A stretch of 64,000 nt of DNA from contig NC_087437.1 in NCBI RefSeq assembly GCF_036321535.1, positions 84,384,001 through 84,448,000 on the forward strand, written 5' to 3'. The position numbers and the translations under genes were made by a program. The DNA is from Camelus dromedarius. Taxonomy: Eukaryota. This document shows positions 39,500 through 51,749 of this stretch, in pieces; position 1 is the stretch's first letter, and each line of letters begins with the position of its first letter. The notes below the pieces were generated by a model, which was given only the letters and a program-made list of their open reading frames with translations, ran no database searches and was not told the origin of the DNA.

Positions 39500-40780
39500 A
39501 TTCCCTTTGGTGGCTGCGAGGGCATTCTCCGTTCCAGCGTCTCTGTTGTTAACATATGCTGTACTGATTCAGTCCTAGTCTCCTTGGCTTGCTATCCCTT
39601 GGTGGGGCCAGGGGATCGCTCACTGTAATTGAGAATCTCTGTGGGAAGTTAGTCCAGATTCCTGTGCTGACTAGTCGACACTGGAGGGCGGCAGGTGAGC
39701 TTGCCTCTGGACCTTTTTAATCCTCTGACTTCTCCTCCTCTCAGCTATTAAACACCCAGTAAGTAACCTCCACCAGATGAGAGGTAGGGGTATCTGGTTC
39801 TACTTCAGTTTCTGAAGTTTATTCCTAATGTCTAGGGCACTTTGAGAAATGAAATAGGACCTCATGAGTGTGTTCCTTCCAATGACTCAAGGTCAGTTGT
39901 AGTATATAGATTCAGAGGGATTCCCTGATGTGCTCTAGAAATGCCAAAGTGTTTTCTGCCAGCTCCAGGTTGATTTCCTTTATCTTATTCCCATGGCATG
40001 TTTCTTTCCTGCTGCCTGGATTCGCTTTAGGATCATATTTTTATGATGGGTTAGCCTCTGTCTTCCACACAGTGTCTTGGTGGTCCCAGTTGGGTTCATT
40101 TTCCAGGCATGCTTGATTCCCTGGTGTGAAAATAACATGGCCTGCATTGTTTCTGTTCTCTTTGTCTGTTTCCACTCTGGCTTTTGAAAGATCATGGCCT
40201 TTTCTTCCCCTGTTAGGAGTACATTGAAGGAGGCTCTGAATGTCTCCCCAGGTAGGTTCATGGGTCTGAAAGATTCTCCTAGTCAGATTTAGGAATCCCT
40301 CTGGATCTTTCCTCAATCCCTTACTATGACTTCTCCAATTATACAGATTGGGAGTGGTAAATGGGGTGGGTACCTGGACGAGCCCTCCTTCTCCACTGGG
40401 GACCTGCTTCAAAGGGAGTACTGTTCCTGGTGGGTTGTTGGACTCTCACAGATAATTAGTCCTGCTTTGTGTACTTGCTGGACAGGGTAATGGAGGAGGC
40501 CTGTCTGGCCTATGGCTCAAGTCAGGATCTAAGAAGGAAGAGGTTAGGGAGGGAGCAGTAGGAAGAGGGTTAGGGAGGAGAATAAGATGGTCCTCAGGGG
40601 GAGAATCAGGGACTGGTATTACCTCAGTGGAGGAGACCCCATATCCCTTTTGAAGGCCTTTGTTCTGATGTAAGTTCATAAAATATTGGGTGTAGGGAAT
40701 TTCATCTCATTTCTTTTGTCTCTGGCATAGCAGGCCAGTTATACAATGGTTTTGTAGTTTAGAGACAGACTGATGAAGCC
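39500..40780 (-). pseudogene. gag: Degenerate gammaretrovirus-like gag (MA, proline-rich region, CA, NC)
   Basis: DEIPYTQYF (MA), PFTTPNLYNW...KDPEG...IFQTHEPTWGDIQSLL (CA), FISQSALDIRNKLQKL (CA C-term), LGLNQYSIC*QQRRWNGECP (decayed CCHC knuckle, 39519-39578). Confidence 0.9.
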
Positions 40781-42614
40781 CAATGAGGGGGAAAAAAAGG
40801 TTAGACTTTATTTTATTCCCCACATTCTACTTTTATTTCCCAGAATTGTTAAATGGGCTTTGCTGTTAACAACAGCCTAGACCCAGTGTCACACACATCC
40901 ATTGCACAAATGTGTCTTTAATTTACACTATAGGCACTGTAGGATCTTTCCTATGACCACATGATACAGGAGAAAACAAACAGGCAAGCAAACTCAGATT
41001 GGGTTATGCTTAAGTTGGCTGAAATATGGAAATGGATTTTCACTGCAGTATAGCTTCTGTTGGAGTCAGTACTAAAGTATATTAGTGAGAGGGAATCCTT
41101 CCACCTGGCAGATCTTTGATCAGTGTATCTGGCCATTAATTTTGCAGAAAAAGGAAGAAATGGTTGGTGATAAGGGTTTTCAAATTTTGGAGCAGTAATG
41201 ATTGGCTTGACTGGGTGGGAGGGGACCTAGAATGAATATGATTAGAAGCTCAAAGAAAGAAGGTATTGAGAGGAAGTGTATGATTGAAACTATAGTAGAA
41301 AGTATAAAAGTGTAAATACTTCTGTGTTCAGTCAATGGCCAACAGCAAACACCAACTGAAGGAAAAGAATTGAACAAACTGACAAGTAGGATAACTTATC
41401 CGTCATACATCATGTCAGCCAGTTTCTCTCCTTGGCCGCCTGATACTTGTGAAAAATCCCATGCCATGGTGGCAGAGATAAAGGCTATAGATAGGTCCAA
41501 TTACGTGGGATCCCTCTCACCAAGGATGATGTAGCTATTGCCAGGGAGGAATGTTTAGATTGTAAGCAGCAAAGACGGAGGTGGATTCCTTGCTGTGGTA
41601 CGAACTTTTAAGGAGATCATTGAGCCATATGATGGTAAGCTACTGTACACCCCTTATACTCAAAGGAGGCAGAATTTCATCCTTACTGTAACTGATATGT
41701 ATTTCTGATGTGGGTTTCCTTTTCCTGCCTGCTTCCATAGCCAGGACCATTATCTGAGAGTTCATAAAAATGTCTAATTTACCTAATGAGATCCTATGTA
41801 ACTTCAAAACAAGGAAACCATTATATGGCAAAGAACACATAAAAGTAGGATCAAATAATCAAACAATGTGCCCCATCATCATCATCCAGAATCTGAAAGC
41901 TGTATTAAAAGTTAGAATGATACTTCTAAACATGCAGCTAGGATGCCAAGGAGGCCATGACACCCTATGAATTTCGGGTGTATGTTTTCAAGATGTAGTA
42001 TATACTTTGAACTAATAACCACTTTGTGGTGCTGTATTCTTGATAGTTAGAATTTGAGACTAAGGCTCTGCCCCATTCCAAGAAGAGTAGAAGAAAAGAC
42101 ATGGGTTCTGCAGTAAATGCTTAGGATTTGGGATTAAATCTCTTAAGTAAGATAGAATATTATTCAATCCAGATCTATGGGGAAGGCTAGTTACTCCAGA
42201 TCAATATATGGATGAGTGGTTGGTTGGAAAATGGATTATTTGCCCCAATCAGACTTGTATAAATTATATTACCTTCATGAAAGTCAAAAATAATTTTTGA
42301 GTAAAAGTATACAGAATAATACACTGGAACATGTTATAATTTAAAATATGCCATACTTGGGAGCAGCCATCTATCAGTAAATTCAGAATAGACATGTTGG
42401 TAGGATCCTAAGATTGAAGAGGCAGAACCTTGGAGAAATCTCTTAGGATTTAGCAAATATTGACTATTAACAAATTTTCCCAAGCTGAAAATTTTATTAT
42501 GACTATTCAAGACATTTTTATAAAGCTATATAGTTATTAGAGCAGCACTGTGAATAAAAATGTCCTAGGGAATAAAAGTCTTTCACTATATACACTCACA
42601 TTTCTTTCTGTATA

Positions 42615-43000
42615 CTTATATCACTCAGTTCTTAGTTGAGAACAATAGAAACCAATTCTGACTGAATTAAGCAAAAAATAAATGTATTGAAGGGATATTG
42701 ACTAGCTCAAGGAATCAATAGACAGGCAAGAGAATTAGGTTCAGAATACCACAAGGATTTGAGAATCTAGTTTGCACAAATAGCCAAGGTACAGTGTGTT
42801 TCAGATGACTGGCTGAGCAGTCAATATTGCTTAACTCTTAACTCCATTCCAGCTGGATTCCTGCCACTGCCACCATATGGAGTCATTCTTTGACTATCAA
42901 TTTTGTCTTATGCTTTATTTCTTAAATATTTAAATTTCTGGGAGCTTTATTTAAGTGCCTAGTCATGCTCTGGCTGCCATAAAATGGAAAGAAGGAACAT
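42615..43000 (-). mobile_element. MLT1K/L-like LTR remnant
   Basis: 'ttcttagttgagaacaatagaaaccaattctgactgaattaagcaaaaaataaatgtattgaagggatattgactagctca'. Confidence 0.6.
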
Positions 43001-43743
43001 ATGACTAAATAAATTTATAGAACTATCTGATCTTTCCAAAACATATGCTGAGACTGAACTCAAGTGACAAAGGTTCCTTTGATTTCTGATGTATCAGAAA
43101 AGAGGATTTTGCTACTGAAATAATCCAAGATAGTTGACATTGTGTTCTGAACGATGCTACTTAATATATGTCTTGAATTGTCTTCTTGATACTAAATACC
43201 TCTGTGTCTGTGGCACACATCAGGTGTTTATCTTCATGAGGTCTGACATTGTGAATGGATTACTTACCAGGATATTGAGACAAGAAAAAATTATAGTTTA
43301 TTATATTGAAGTTTAGATCAATGTAATTTCATAAGTGTGTACACCTGGTTGACATCATTTACCATTTTATTATATTTCTATTGTTGTAGACCCTATTGAT
43401 TTTTGCCTTAATAACTAATAATACTATTGTGGGACTCAATTATCTTATAAGTCAATATTAAATCATAAGTAAATATTCAAAAAAGAAACTTGTAGTAAGA
43501 GGTGATTATTGTAGTGATGATTTACATCTAAATTTATATTAATGAAATTCTTTATAAGGAGAATAAGATAAGTAAAGTTTGCCATGATATTTAAAGCTTG
43601 CCTATCAGGAATGTAGACCTTTCTTCTGTACCTAATTAATAAGGATAAGTATTCCACAATCCTGTGGCACTATGGGCCCAGATCAAATACTTAGAAGAAC
43701 AATTCCATCAGCCCAGGTGATGCACACAGCTGCTGGTTGGGCC

Positions 43744-43860
43744 CAAGGCTGTCACATATGGTTGTGCAGTTTGTTAATAGCACAAAGGCATGTGGCTGAG
43801 GGAAGCAGTAAAGGCTGACATCTATCTAGTCTACTGCTGGCAGAGCCATGTCCCTCAGGG
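43744..43860. mobile_element. MER91-like hAT-Tip100 element
   Basis: 'caaggctgtcacatatggttgtgcagtttgttaatagcacaaaggcatgtggctgaggg'. Confidence 0.6.
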
Positions 43861-45469
43861 AACATTCATCTGCTCCAAGGTGGTGGTGTTGAAGTCCTTC
43901 CAGGGTGCTCTGTTGTACCAGTTGTGGGCTTATAACTTGGGCCCCTTCCCAGTGTGTGAACTAATTTCATGTGGGCTCTGGCTGGATAAATCAGCATGTT
44001 GGGGTTTCTTCCTTCTTGGAATAGCACTGAGGTTTGACAGAAAATCCAGGGTAAAATTTTCATCCTAAGTGACTTGTTTGACATTTAGTAAAAGAGTTCT
44101 CCTACAGTTGATCCTCTCCAAATGAGACTTTGATAGAATGATATTGATTTATGTTAATGAAAACATATGTGATCCCTGGAGAAGTAATCTTATTTGACTT
44201 ACTGCCTCGGCTCCAGGACGTGGGTACTAAGTTTTCCCCTTTTATAGATTTCCTAAAAGCAAAGTAACAATCCCAAATCTGTCAAATAAAATAATTTTTA
44301 TTTTTTAATGGAAAGGACCTTGTTTCAGAACGAATAACTGCGTATCAGTGAATATACAGTCTCCGTTTGTGTTGGTCTTTGGAGACTGGAAGTGTAGTAT
44401 TCTTCCTTCTTTTAGCATTGCTGCACAGCTTTCTATGATCTGATATTTGGCCTCTATAGTGGAATCAAGGAATTAATGCTTCTCTAATTGTAAATTGAAA
44501 CCCAAATCCATAGTCTCACGTCCTAGTGATTCTCATACTTTTTTTTGAAAAAAGGAAGGCTGCCACCCAAATGACTTTCAAAATGAGTTATATTTCCTCC
44601 TCCAAATGTTAGCAAGCAAGACGGGGAGCAATGGTAAAATCATCTGTTGCCCGATTTTTGAGAAGAGGGAAAAAATTGACACTACAGGAGATTCTAGGAG
44701 ATCAGTAACGACTATGAGGGAAAATGTACTTAAGAAACAATTATTTCATGAGTTTTATCTTCTGCTGAGACATTTGAAAAGAGTTATTTTGTTATTTTTG
44801 TTACCTGTGAACCAGTTTTTCATTAATAATGTAAAGAGTGTCATAGTGCCGTGCAGTGATGCTCTCTGTTTATGTGAAAAGAGTTTAAGCATTTCAAATA
44901 TGACTTACAGATCATTCCAACAAGAAACCCACATGCTCAAAAAGTTTTTCCTCTTATGTTGGGATTTGCTAATTATGCTAATAAAAAGCTCTTAATTTTA
45001 GCAGTAATATGAGGTAAAGAAGTAAATTTGCCATTTCAAATGTCTAACTCAGAGTGAAGCATACATGGAGGACACAGCCTTCTACAGGAGCAATTGTGGG
45101 ATGAATATTGCTAACTGAAAATGAGTATCTTAGCTAATGTTCTTGTTACAGGTTTTCAAAATTCTAGTGCACACTGAACTGACTTGCAGTATTCAAAGAA
45201 CTCAAAATCAATGATTTTCACCTCTTAGAACTTAGAGTCTAAAACACACTACTAGGATAGACAGTGGAAACAATTGTAAAAATAATTCAAACTGTAGAAA
45301 AATATTAACATATTGGAAGAATATATTTTCTGCTTATGTCACATACAGTTGGTGTTTCACATTGACTGTTTTTACTAAAATATTAGCATACTTACATGGC
45401 ACTTTAATCCCCTGATGTATACCTACTCAGTTCTTTCAAAAAAAAATGTAGAATAATTTTTTACCTCAG

Positions 45470-45574
45470 ATTTTTCTTTTTCTTTCTTTCTTCTTCTTCT
45501 TTTTTTTTTTTTTTTCTGCTATGCAAGCCTGTTTTTGTTTTTGTTTTTGTTTTTGTTTTTGGTTCTGTTTTTTT
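45470..45574. repeat. T-rich simple repeats: (TTTC)n, (TTC)n, poly-T, (TTTTTG)n
   Basis: Directly visible. Confidence 0.9.
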
Positions 45575-45965
45575 GGAAATTTTTCATATCAGAACTTTGT
45601 TTAAACAAACATTACTATTCTTTTTTCAAGAAAAGTCAAAAGGAAAAGTCATAAGGAGCTGAAGCTGCTGCTTCAAGAACATACCTCTTGACCTGACCTG
45701 AGGTATTCACGTCTTTCATTCTCTCCTAACAAATTAATCCTTATGCTCTATCTTTATTTTCTTCCTACCTCTCTGTCCAATCTTGAAAGTAAATACCACA
45801 AATATGAGCCATGACCAAGCTTATTACTATCATAGGCATCACAGAGGATTTCAGGGTCCCTATTTATAGACTGTGGGTCTTTGATTTTCATTCATCCTCT
45901 TTCTTACACCATCATGTCATTACCGTACATATTGTATCAAAAATGAGTTGGTTTAAAGGAATCAA

Positions 45966-46116
45966 GGTGGGAGGATATAGCTCAGTGGTGGATTGTGTGC
46001 TTAGCATGCTCAAGGTTCTGGGTTCAATCTCCAGTACCTCCATTAAAAAAATTATAATATAAATAAATAAACCTAATTACCACCCCCCAGAAAACAAACA
46101 AACAAATAAAACAAAA
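45966..46116 (+). mobile_element. tRNA-derived SINE (camelid Vic-1-like), second copy
   Basis: TATAGCTCAGTGG A box, GGTTCAATCT B box, 'aaataaataaacctaattaccacccccc' tail; homologous to 5455-5594. Confidence 0.85.
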
Positions 46117-46822
46117 GAATATTAAGATTGATAGGAATGGAAAAAGAAAAAAGAGGATATTGTGGCTGCATAAGGGAAAAGGGGTAAAGTGTTTTTGTTT
46201 TGTCTCTATGGCAATGAAGAAGAGTGAAAATTTTCAAGCAGACAGTTTTGTAGTGTTGTCATGCTGTCTCCTCTCTTTTATGAAGACTTCAGTCATTGCC
46301 CCTTCTATTTTTTCCTCTAGTGTTGCAGTTGATAGAGAAAATAAAGAGTAGGAATCACGATATTTAGGAACTAGATTGAATACATTGAAAATGGGGACCA
46401 GAGCATTCTTTACTTGTCCTTCTGTTTCTCCTTTCACCGGAATTATAACTCAGGATTTAAGACTCTTTCTTGAAATCTTATGAAAGAATAAGAAATCCTA
46501 TGTGTAATCATTTAGTAAAGTCCCAAAATTCACTGTTTCATTTGTTTTCCATTGAAAACAACGAAATGTTATAAAAATCCACACACATATTTCCAAAAGG
46601 AGTTGAAAAATTCAGATTCAGGGTTTAAATGTTAAAATTCTGATTTCTATCTTCCAAAGGATAGTGATAAAATTAGTGAAGGTAACCATGAATGTTACCA
46701 GGTTGGACTCATCTGTTTATATATTAGTAAATTATATCCTCTAAAACATTCATGTGGTCATAATTCAGACATGTGTATGGCTAAAATGATTCTTTGCAGG
46801 TATATGGATACATAAAAGGGCT

Positions 46823-47329
46823 TGTCAGTTGTTGTAAACTGGCTCCCCAAATATCACCAACACTATCTGTTCATAAGACAGATTTGAGTAAATTTCTTAC
46901 TATGGTAGACGAGAAGACCTTTGTGAGTGGTCAAGAGAACTTTGTAAATGTCTCTTGGGTGGGCAAGATTCAGTTTTACTGAGTAGTTTCAGTTTGATTT
47001 AATGTGGGCATTTCAAAGTGGGCAATGAGAGAGATTGATTAAGATTGGGAATGGATCAGGATACAACACTCTAGGATTGGTAGAAATAGCAAAGCAAGGC
47101 TTTTGGGGTTAAGGGTTCAAAGAGTCTTAGGATACAAACTATTGATGCTTTATATTGAAGAGTCCATGGGTCTTTCATGAAGTTCCTCTATTAAAAATAA
47201 ATTTATTAGCCTGGATAAGAGTCTTCTGGAATAGTAAAGTTATGCTAATGAAGGTAACGGAATAATACAATCATATTATGGTAGAAAGTGAACTAAATTG
47301 TGTAAAAGAGTAGATAGTTTCAATCCTCA
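46823..47329 (-). mobile_element. Probable old ERV1-type LTR (family uncertain)
   Basis: TG...CA-bounded ~500 bp block resembling MER67/MER90-type LTRs; no clear TSD. Confidence 0.4.
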
Positions 47330-47609
47330 GTGTCCAAGCCATGATTGTATCCATCATTTCTTTACAAATGTTTCATTATTTTCCAAATATGCCCGCATCA
47401 TTCTTACTGTTATATTGAAGATGTCATCAGCCACATTTTATGAGGCCCAACGCTTATATAATTTGGCCAGCTCTCTTATAGAGAAAGAACACAAAATTAT
47501 GAAAAATAATTAGGCACGGGGCTTTGAAAGATGACTTTACCAATGTTATTTATACCTCATTAGTGTCAGAGTAGATCCATTTCTGAGTAGAATAATATAA
47601 CACAAAGGT

Positions 47610-47887
47610 TAGAATTGTACCCTTGGGTTGCAACTTCATAGACATACCTTACCCTAAAACAACTCATGACACCCCCTATTATTTAAAGACAAATATTTCC
47701 ATTCTTGCATGGAATCAAGGGTCAATCATAATTCTTGAACAAACATGTGGCTTTTGCCTTTATAAGCCCCTGACTCATTCTCTTCCCTGGAATGCTTGGT
47801 TTTACTCAGATCTGTGTCTCCTGAATTGAAAATTCCCAAATAAAGTTCTTTATTCTTTATAGCCTCCATACTGATTATTGTTTGACA
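47610..47887 (+). mobile_element. ERV1-type LTR 3' half (MER34/MER110-like)
   Basis: 'ttttgcctttataagccc' TATA-like, 'cccaaataaa' poly(A) signal, ends 'ttgaca'. Confidence 0.5.
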
Positions 47888-50884
47888 GAAGAAAGGAGTA
47901 TGTTTGGAAACAAAGGAACAGCACTAGCCTTGGAAGAAAATTAATCCAAGGTAGTATAAAGATATAGAAAAATTACGATAAAGCCAGAATTCAGGAGCAA
48001 TTTAGAATGTATTTGTCCCAGGGTCAGAACTGAAGGATGAAAACTAGTTGACAATCAAAATAGCCACAGATTTACAGGTCATACTGAGCAGGCAATCAAG
48101 ATAAGGAAATCTTAAGAAAGGTGAGGATAATAAGGTTGTTATTTGGGCAAGCAGTATGAACTGCAGAGACCCAGGAAGGGGAATTAGAAATTCTTCTTAG
48201 AATTTCTAGATTGCCCTTATAATCTCTATATTTTCTTCATACACTGTCATGTGGAAGACCTTGATGCTAAGGTCAGGCCAAGCTTTAGTCTTGACCTCTC
48301 CATTATGCTTCATGACAAATAATGAATCAATCCTTAGACTTTAATTGGTATTTCCCAAATTTCAGTCATTTAAAAACTTTTATATCATTGTTTTTTTTAA
48401 AGCATTATCACTTCCTATAATAGAAGATAACTATGCAAGATAAATTTCAATCAAGTTTTTGAAATGCCAGCCAAATATTGTTGCCTAACAAAGGCTCTAA
48501 TAACAAAGCCTGCTTTGCCTTTCATTAAAGGAGATTAGTATAAGTGAGGTGTAAAGGCATAATGAGAACACATTCACATTATCTTTGATTTAATGAAAAG
48601 ACTGAAAGATGCTTGAAGAACTTCTGTGTATGTATTTCAGTTCCGTTTAATGCCTGTCAATCTTATGCACATCCTTCATTGCAGAAAACACTTTAGTAAT
48701 GGGAAATCCTCACTATCAAGCAAAAATGACATTGTAAAATTTTAACCTCTCTAAATGATGGTGTATTTCCATTCATGCTTGTAGCCCACATGGCTACTTA
48801 GAGACATTTTAATTTTCCACGGGCTAACAAAATATTGGTATCAAATCACCATTAATTCTGATGTTACCCTTCAAATGCATTTCTCTCAATATAGTATTGT
48901 CAGGTAGAGGGTAATAAAAATATGATAATGGAGCTCTACTCCTGCAGTTACATGTCATAGCAGTCAACAAATACTTGTGCACATGTTATGTTGTTAAGCA
49001 TTGTTGCAACATTAGGAATGTACCAAAGACTAAAACTGAAAAAATTACCGCTCTCTATATGACATTGGAAAATTTATATCCACTGCACAAGTTGACTACA
49101 AGAAATATAAATCAGATAAAAACATATACCTAAATATAACTATAAATATAATTACATAAATATATGGATGCTAAATAAGTACAAAATGAAAATAAATATA
49201 AATTCAATGATGGATGCCACCCTTGACACTACACAATGTTGTTACCATTTATTGCCATTGTGAAGATCAATATCATAGACAACTTTGTACAATCCAAATA
49301 TTCCAAACACTATCTTCTAATAGTCCTATATCTAATGATCTTCTGTGTTGATTGATATCATTTGCAAAAAGTTTTTGCCTGTATAAGGGTAGGAATATTT
49401 ACCAACTTCTACTGCAGTTACCTTTCTGGAAAGACAATAAGTGCTTGAGTTCATATCTTAATACAGCCAAAAGTTGATCCTGAAATCTTCTACTGCCATC
49501 TCCCTCCATCTCAAGATTCCCTGGAATCTAAGCTCTTAAAGGTAAAACACTTTCTTATTTATATTTGTTTTCCTAATAAATAGGAAAATAAAGCTCTTGC
49601 TACATTGTAGGTCATCAATATTTGTCTTTGAGTAGATGAGTGAAGGAAAGATAAAGATCTTTATCATTTGAATGAAGTAGAAATTTCACTGTGGCTAAAT
49701 AGAATAAATTGTTTAGGCCTTATTAACTCCTAATGCCAGAAAAAGTAGGAAACACAATTATTTTGTTCACCTCAAAGCATCTGAACTTGTGGAGACATTG
49801 TCCTTAAAAACCAAATATTACATAACCCAAACTCAGAGTGTTTCCAAAGCAGCTGGTGATGATAGCATGCTTTTATTATATATGCTATATTTTGCAACAT
49901 GCTTCTAATTTGAGAGAAAAGAAAGGAAGGTAAAAAAATATGAATCCCAGGTCTTTGGAAGAGACCTACCATGGAAAAATACATGTTCTCAGACTTTGAT
50001 CACTAGCTCAGTCTTCTTGCTTAATATCCAAGCTTTGGTTAAGATGTTTTGCTTATATATCTCATGATTATACGGCTCAGCACACCAACTGATAATTTTT
50101 CACTCCAGTTAAATCACTTGGTTCTAAAATTTGTTTGTTCGCATCTGACTATGACACTGAGATACAACTCCTCACTATGATCTTAGCTCGAGTGGTGCTC
50201 TGGTGGGCCTGCTGATTCTTGTTTCCTATGTCCTAGTTGCCTCTCTCCCAGCTCCATATCCTAATGCTTGTCTTTGCTAATCTTCAACACTTTCATGTTA
50301 TAATAGCCTGTGAGTGCCCTTCATCCATAGTGAGGCAATGTCTCCTAAGAGCTTTTAGTTGAAGACTGCAGCACAGGCAGAGGATCAGGCCTTCTGAGTA
50401 TTCATAGAGGTCTAATTACTACTTGTGGCTGACCTTTATTAGTAAGTATCAATTAGTGTGGCTTTTCCCTGATTCTAATCTCCTAAATGTTTTGCTAGAG
50501 TATAGAGAGATAATTTGAGGTTAATAGCTGACTTCAGGATGTGTTTGCTTCCTAATCCCATCCTCAGAGATATCCTTTGTAGATTTGATTGCTGACATTT
50601 ACAACAATCTTTGAACTCTGGTAATGTCAGATAAAAGAATTTAACATTAGTTCATGACTACTGAGAATACGTTTTTTAGGGCTTACTGTTCCTATAGATC
50701 CTAACCACAAAGGTGTAGTATCTGCCTAAAGACAAACAAAAACTTTTCTTGTTTCTATAGAAAAAAAATTGAAGAATCCATAGTTTTGGGGAAAACAGTC
50801 TTCTATCTCCCTCCTATTAAAACATTAAAACTTTTTTTTTTGCTAAGAACTTTCAATCTTTGTAAATTCTTTGTAAATTCTCAG

Positions 50885-50980
50885 AATATACACAAAATTA
50901 TATGTTTATATAAATTTATTATGTTTATATATTTATAATTTGTATGTTTATAATTAATTTATATAAATATATACATGTTT
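50885..50980. repeat. AT-rich low complexity with three TATGTTTATA units
   Basis: Directly visible. Confidence 0.7.
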
Positions 50981-51749
50981 TCATTTTCTTAAGTTACTTA
51001 TTTTTTTCTCTACATAAAGAGAATGAATAGATAGAAGAAATACACAAAACGGTGGTTGCATACAATATAAAAGCAATATTCACATAAAATTTGGGAGATT
51101 CTTTAGTATTTTAGAACAGAGAACCCATGTGGCAGAACATGAGGTGATTAGACAGGTAAGAAAAGATTCTGAGTTGGATGAAAGAATGTAATCTCTATAG
51201 GACCAAAAGTGCAATATGCTATGATAGGATTAGATAATGCACCAAGTTCAATATTCATGGATAATGATGTGAGCTGACAAACTTATAAACCAACAATTTT
51301 GTGAAGAGGAGACAAAAGAACTGTTTAGCTAATACTTATTGAGAAACTGATAAGCTCAAAGTTCTAGTTGAATGCTGGTTCTATAAAATTATTTTGTCTC
51401 TGCTGGGCTCTCTTGCTGATGGCAGCATCCAATATAGAGGCTAAGAAGTAGAGGTGACTCCAGAATTTCTATATAAGAGTATGTATGTCCACATGGTTTG
51501 GGCAACTAGGGCACTGGTCCTGAAGCTGTTTTTACATGATAAGCATGCTTTTTTTATGTATATTCTATATTTGCTTGGATACTAGTGTGTGTTTAAGGAT
51601 TTCTGTTAAGGCTTATGGAAAAAGCTAAATACTGTGTAAGTTATCATTTTGTTGTTAATTCTGCTGAGCCACCTGATCAATCAATGAAGGAAGCATTCAC
51701 TGCCAACTAAATTTAATATCTAGTCTAGTTTTGATTGGAGTAAATACAT

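Larger units (their letters stand above)
38445..40871 (-). mobile_element. Internally deleted class I (gamma-like) provirus: 5'LTR stub - gag - RNase H - 3'UTR/PPT - 3'LTR
   Basis: TG...CA ends, 4-bp TSD ATAG/ACAG, direct repeat 38920-39002 vs 40787-40871, polypurine tract (minus AGAGGAGAAAT) abutting the 3'LTR. Confidence 0.85.
33850..42060 (+). mobile_element. Ancient ERVL internal region (gag-pro-pol, heavily decayed), fragmented by nested insertions
   Basis: Protease DTG (gatactggg, 35673-35681), RT motif YHIDD (~36432-36446; ERVL has HYIDD), 'WSKEMPSAAENY' at ~38190, integrase zinc-finger C-x2-C at ~41550 and core 'FILTVTDMYF*CGFPFP' at ~41676-41726. Confidence 0.8.

Noticed and set aside
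39671..39686. Plus-strand 'LVDTG' resembling a retroviral protease active site, suggesting an internal inversion
   Set aside because: The minus strand reads continuously as gag between the CA C-terminus and the NC knuckle across this point; coincidence
44357..44388. Hairpin CAGTCTCC-N16-GGAGACTG (similar 9-bp stems at 6724-6746 and ~20143-20167)
   Set aside because: Stems too short for a pre-miRNA and at chance frequency; the other two lie within old LTRs
44606..44995. Longest ORF in the track (129 aa)
   Set aside because: No recognisable domain, composition typical of random AT-rich DNA, no splice or promoter support
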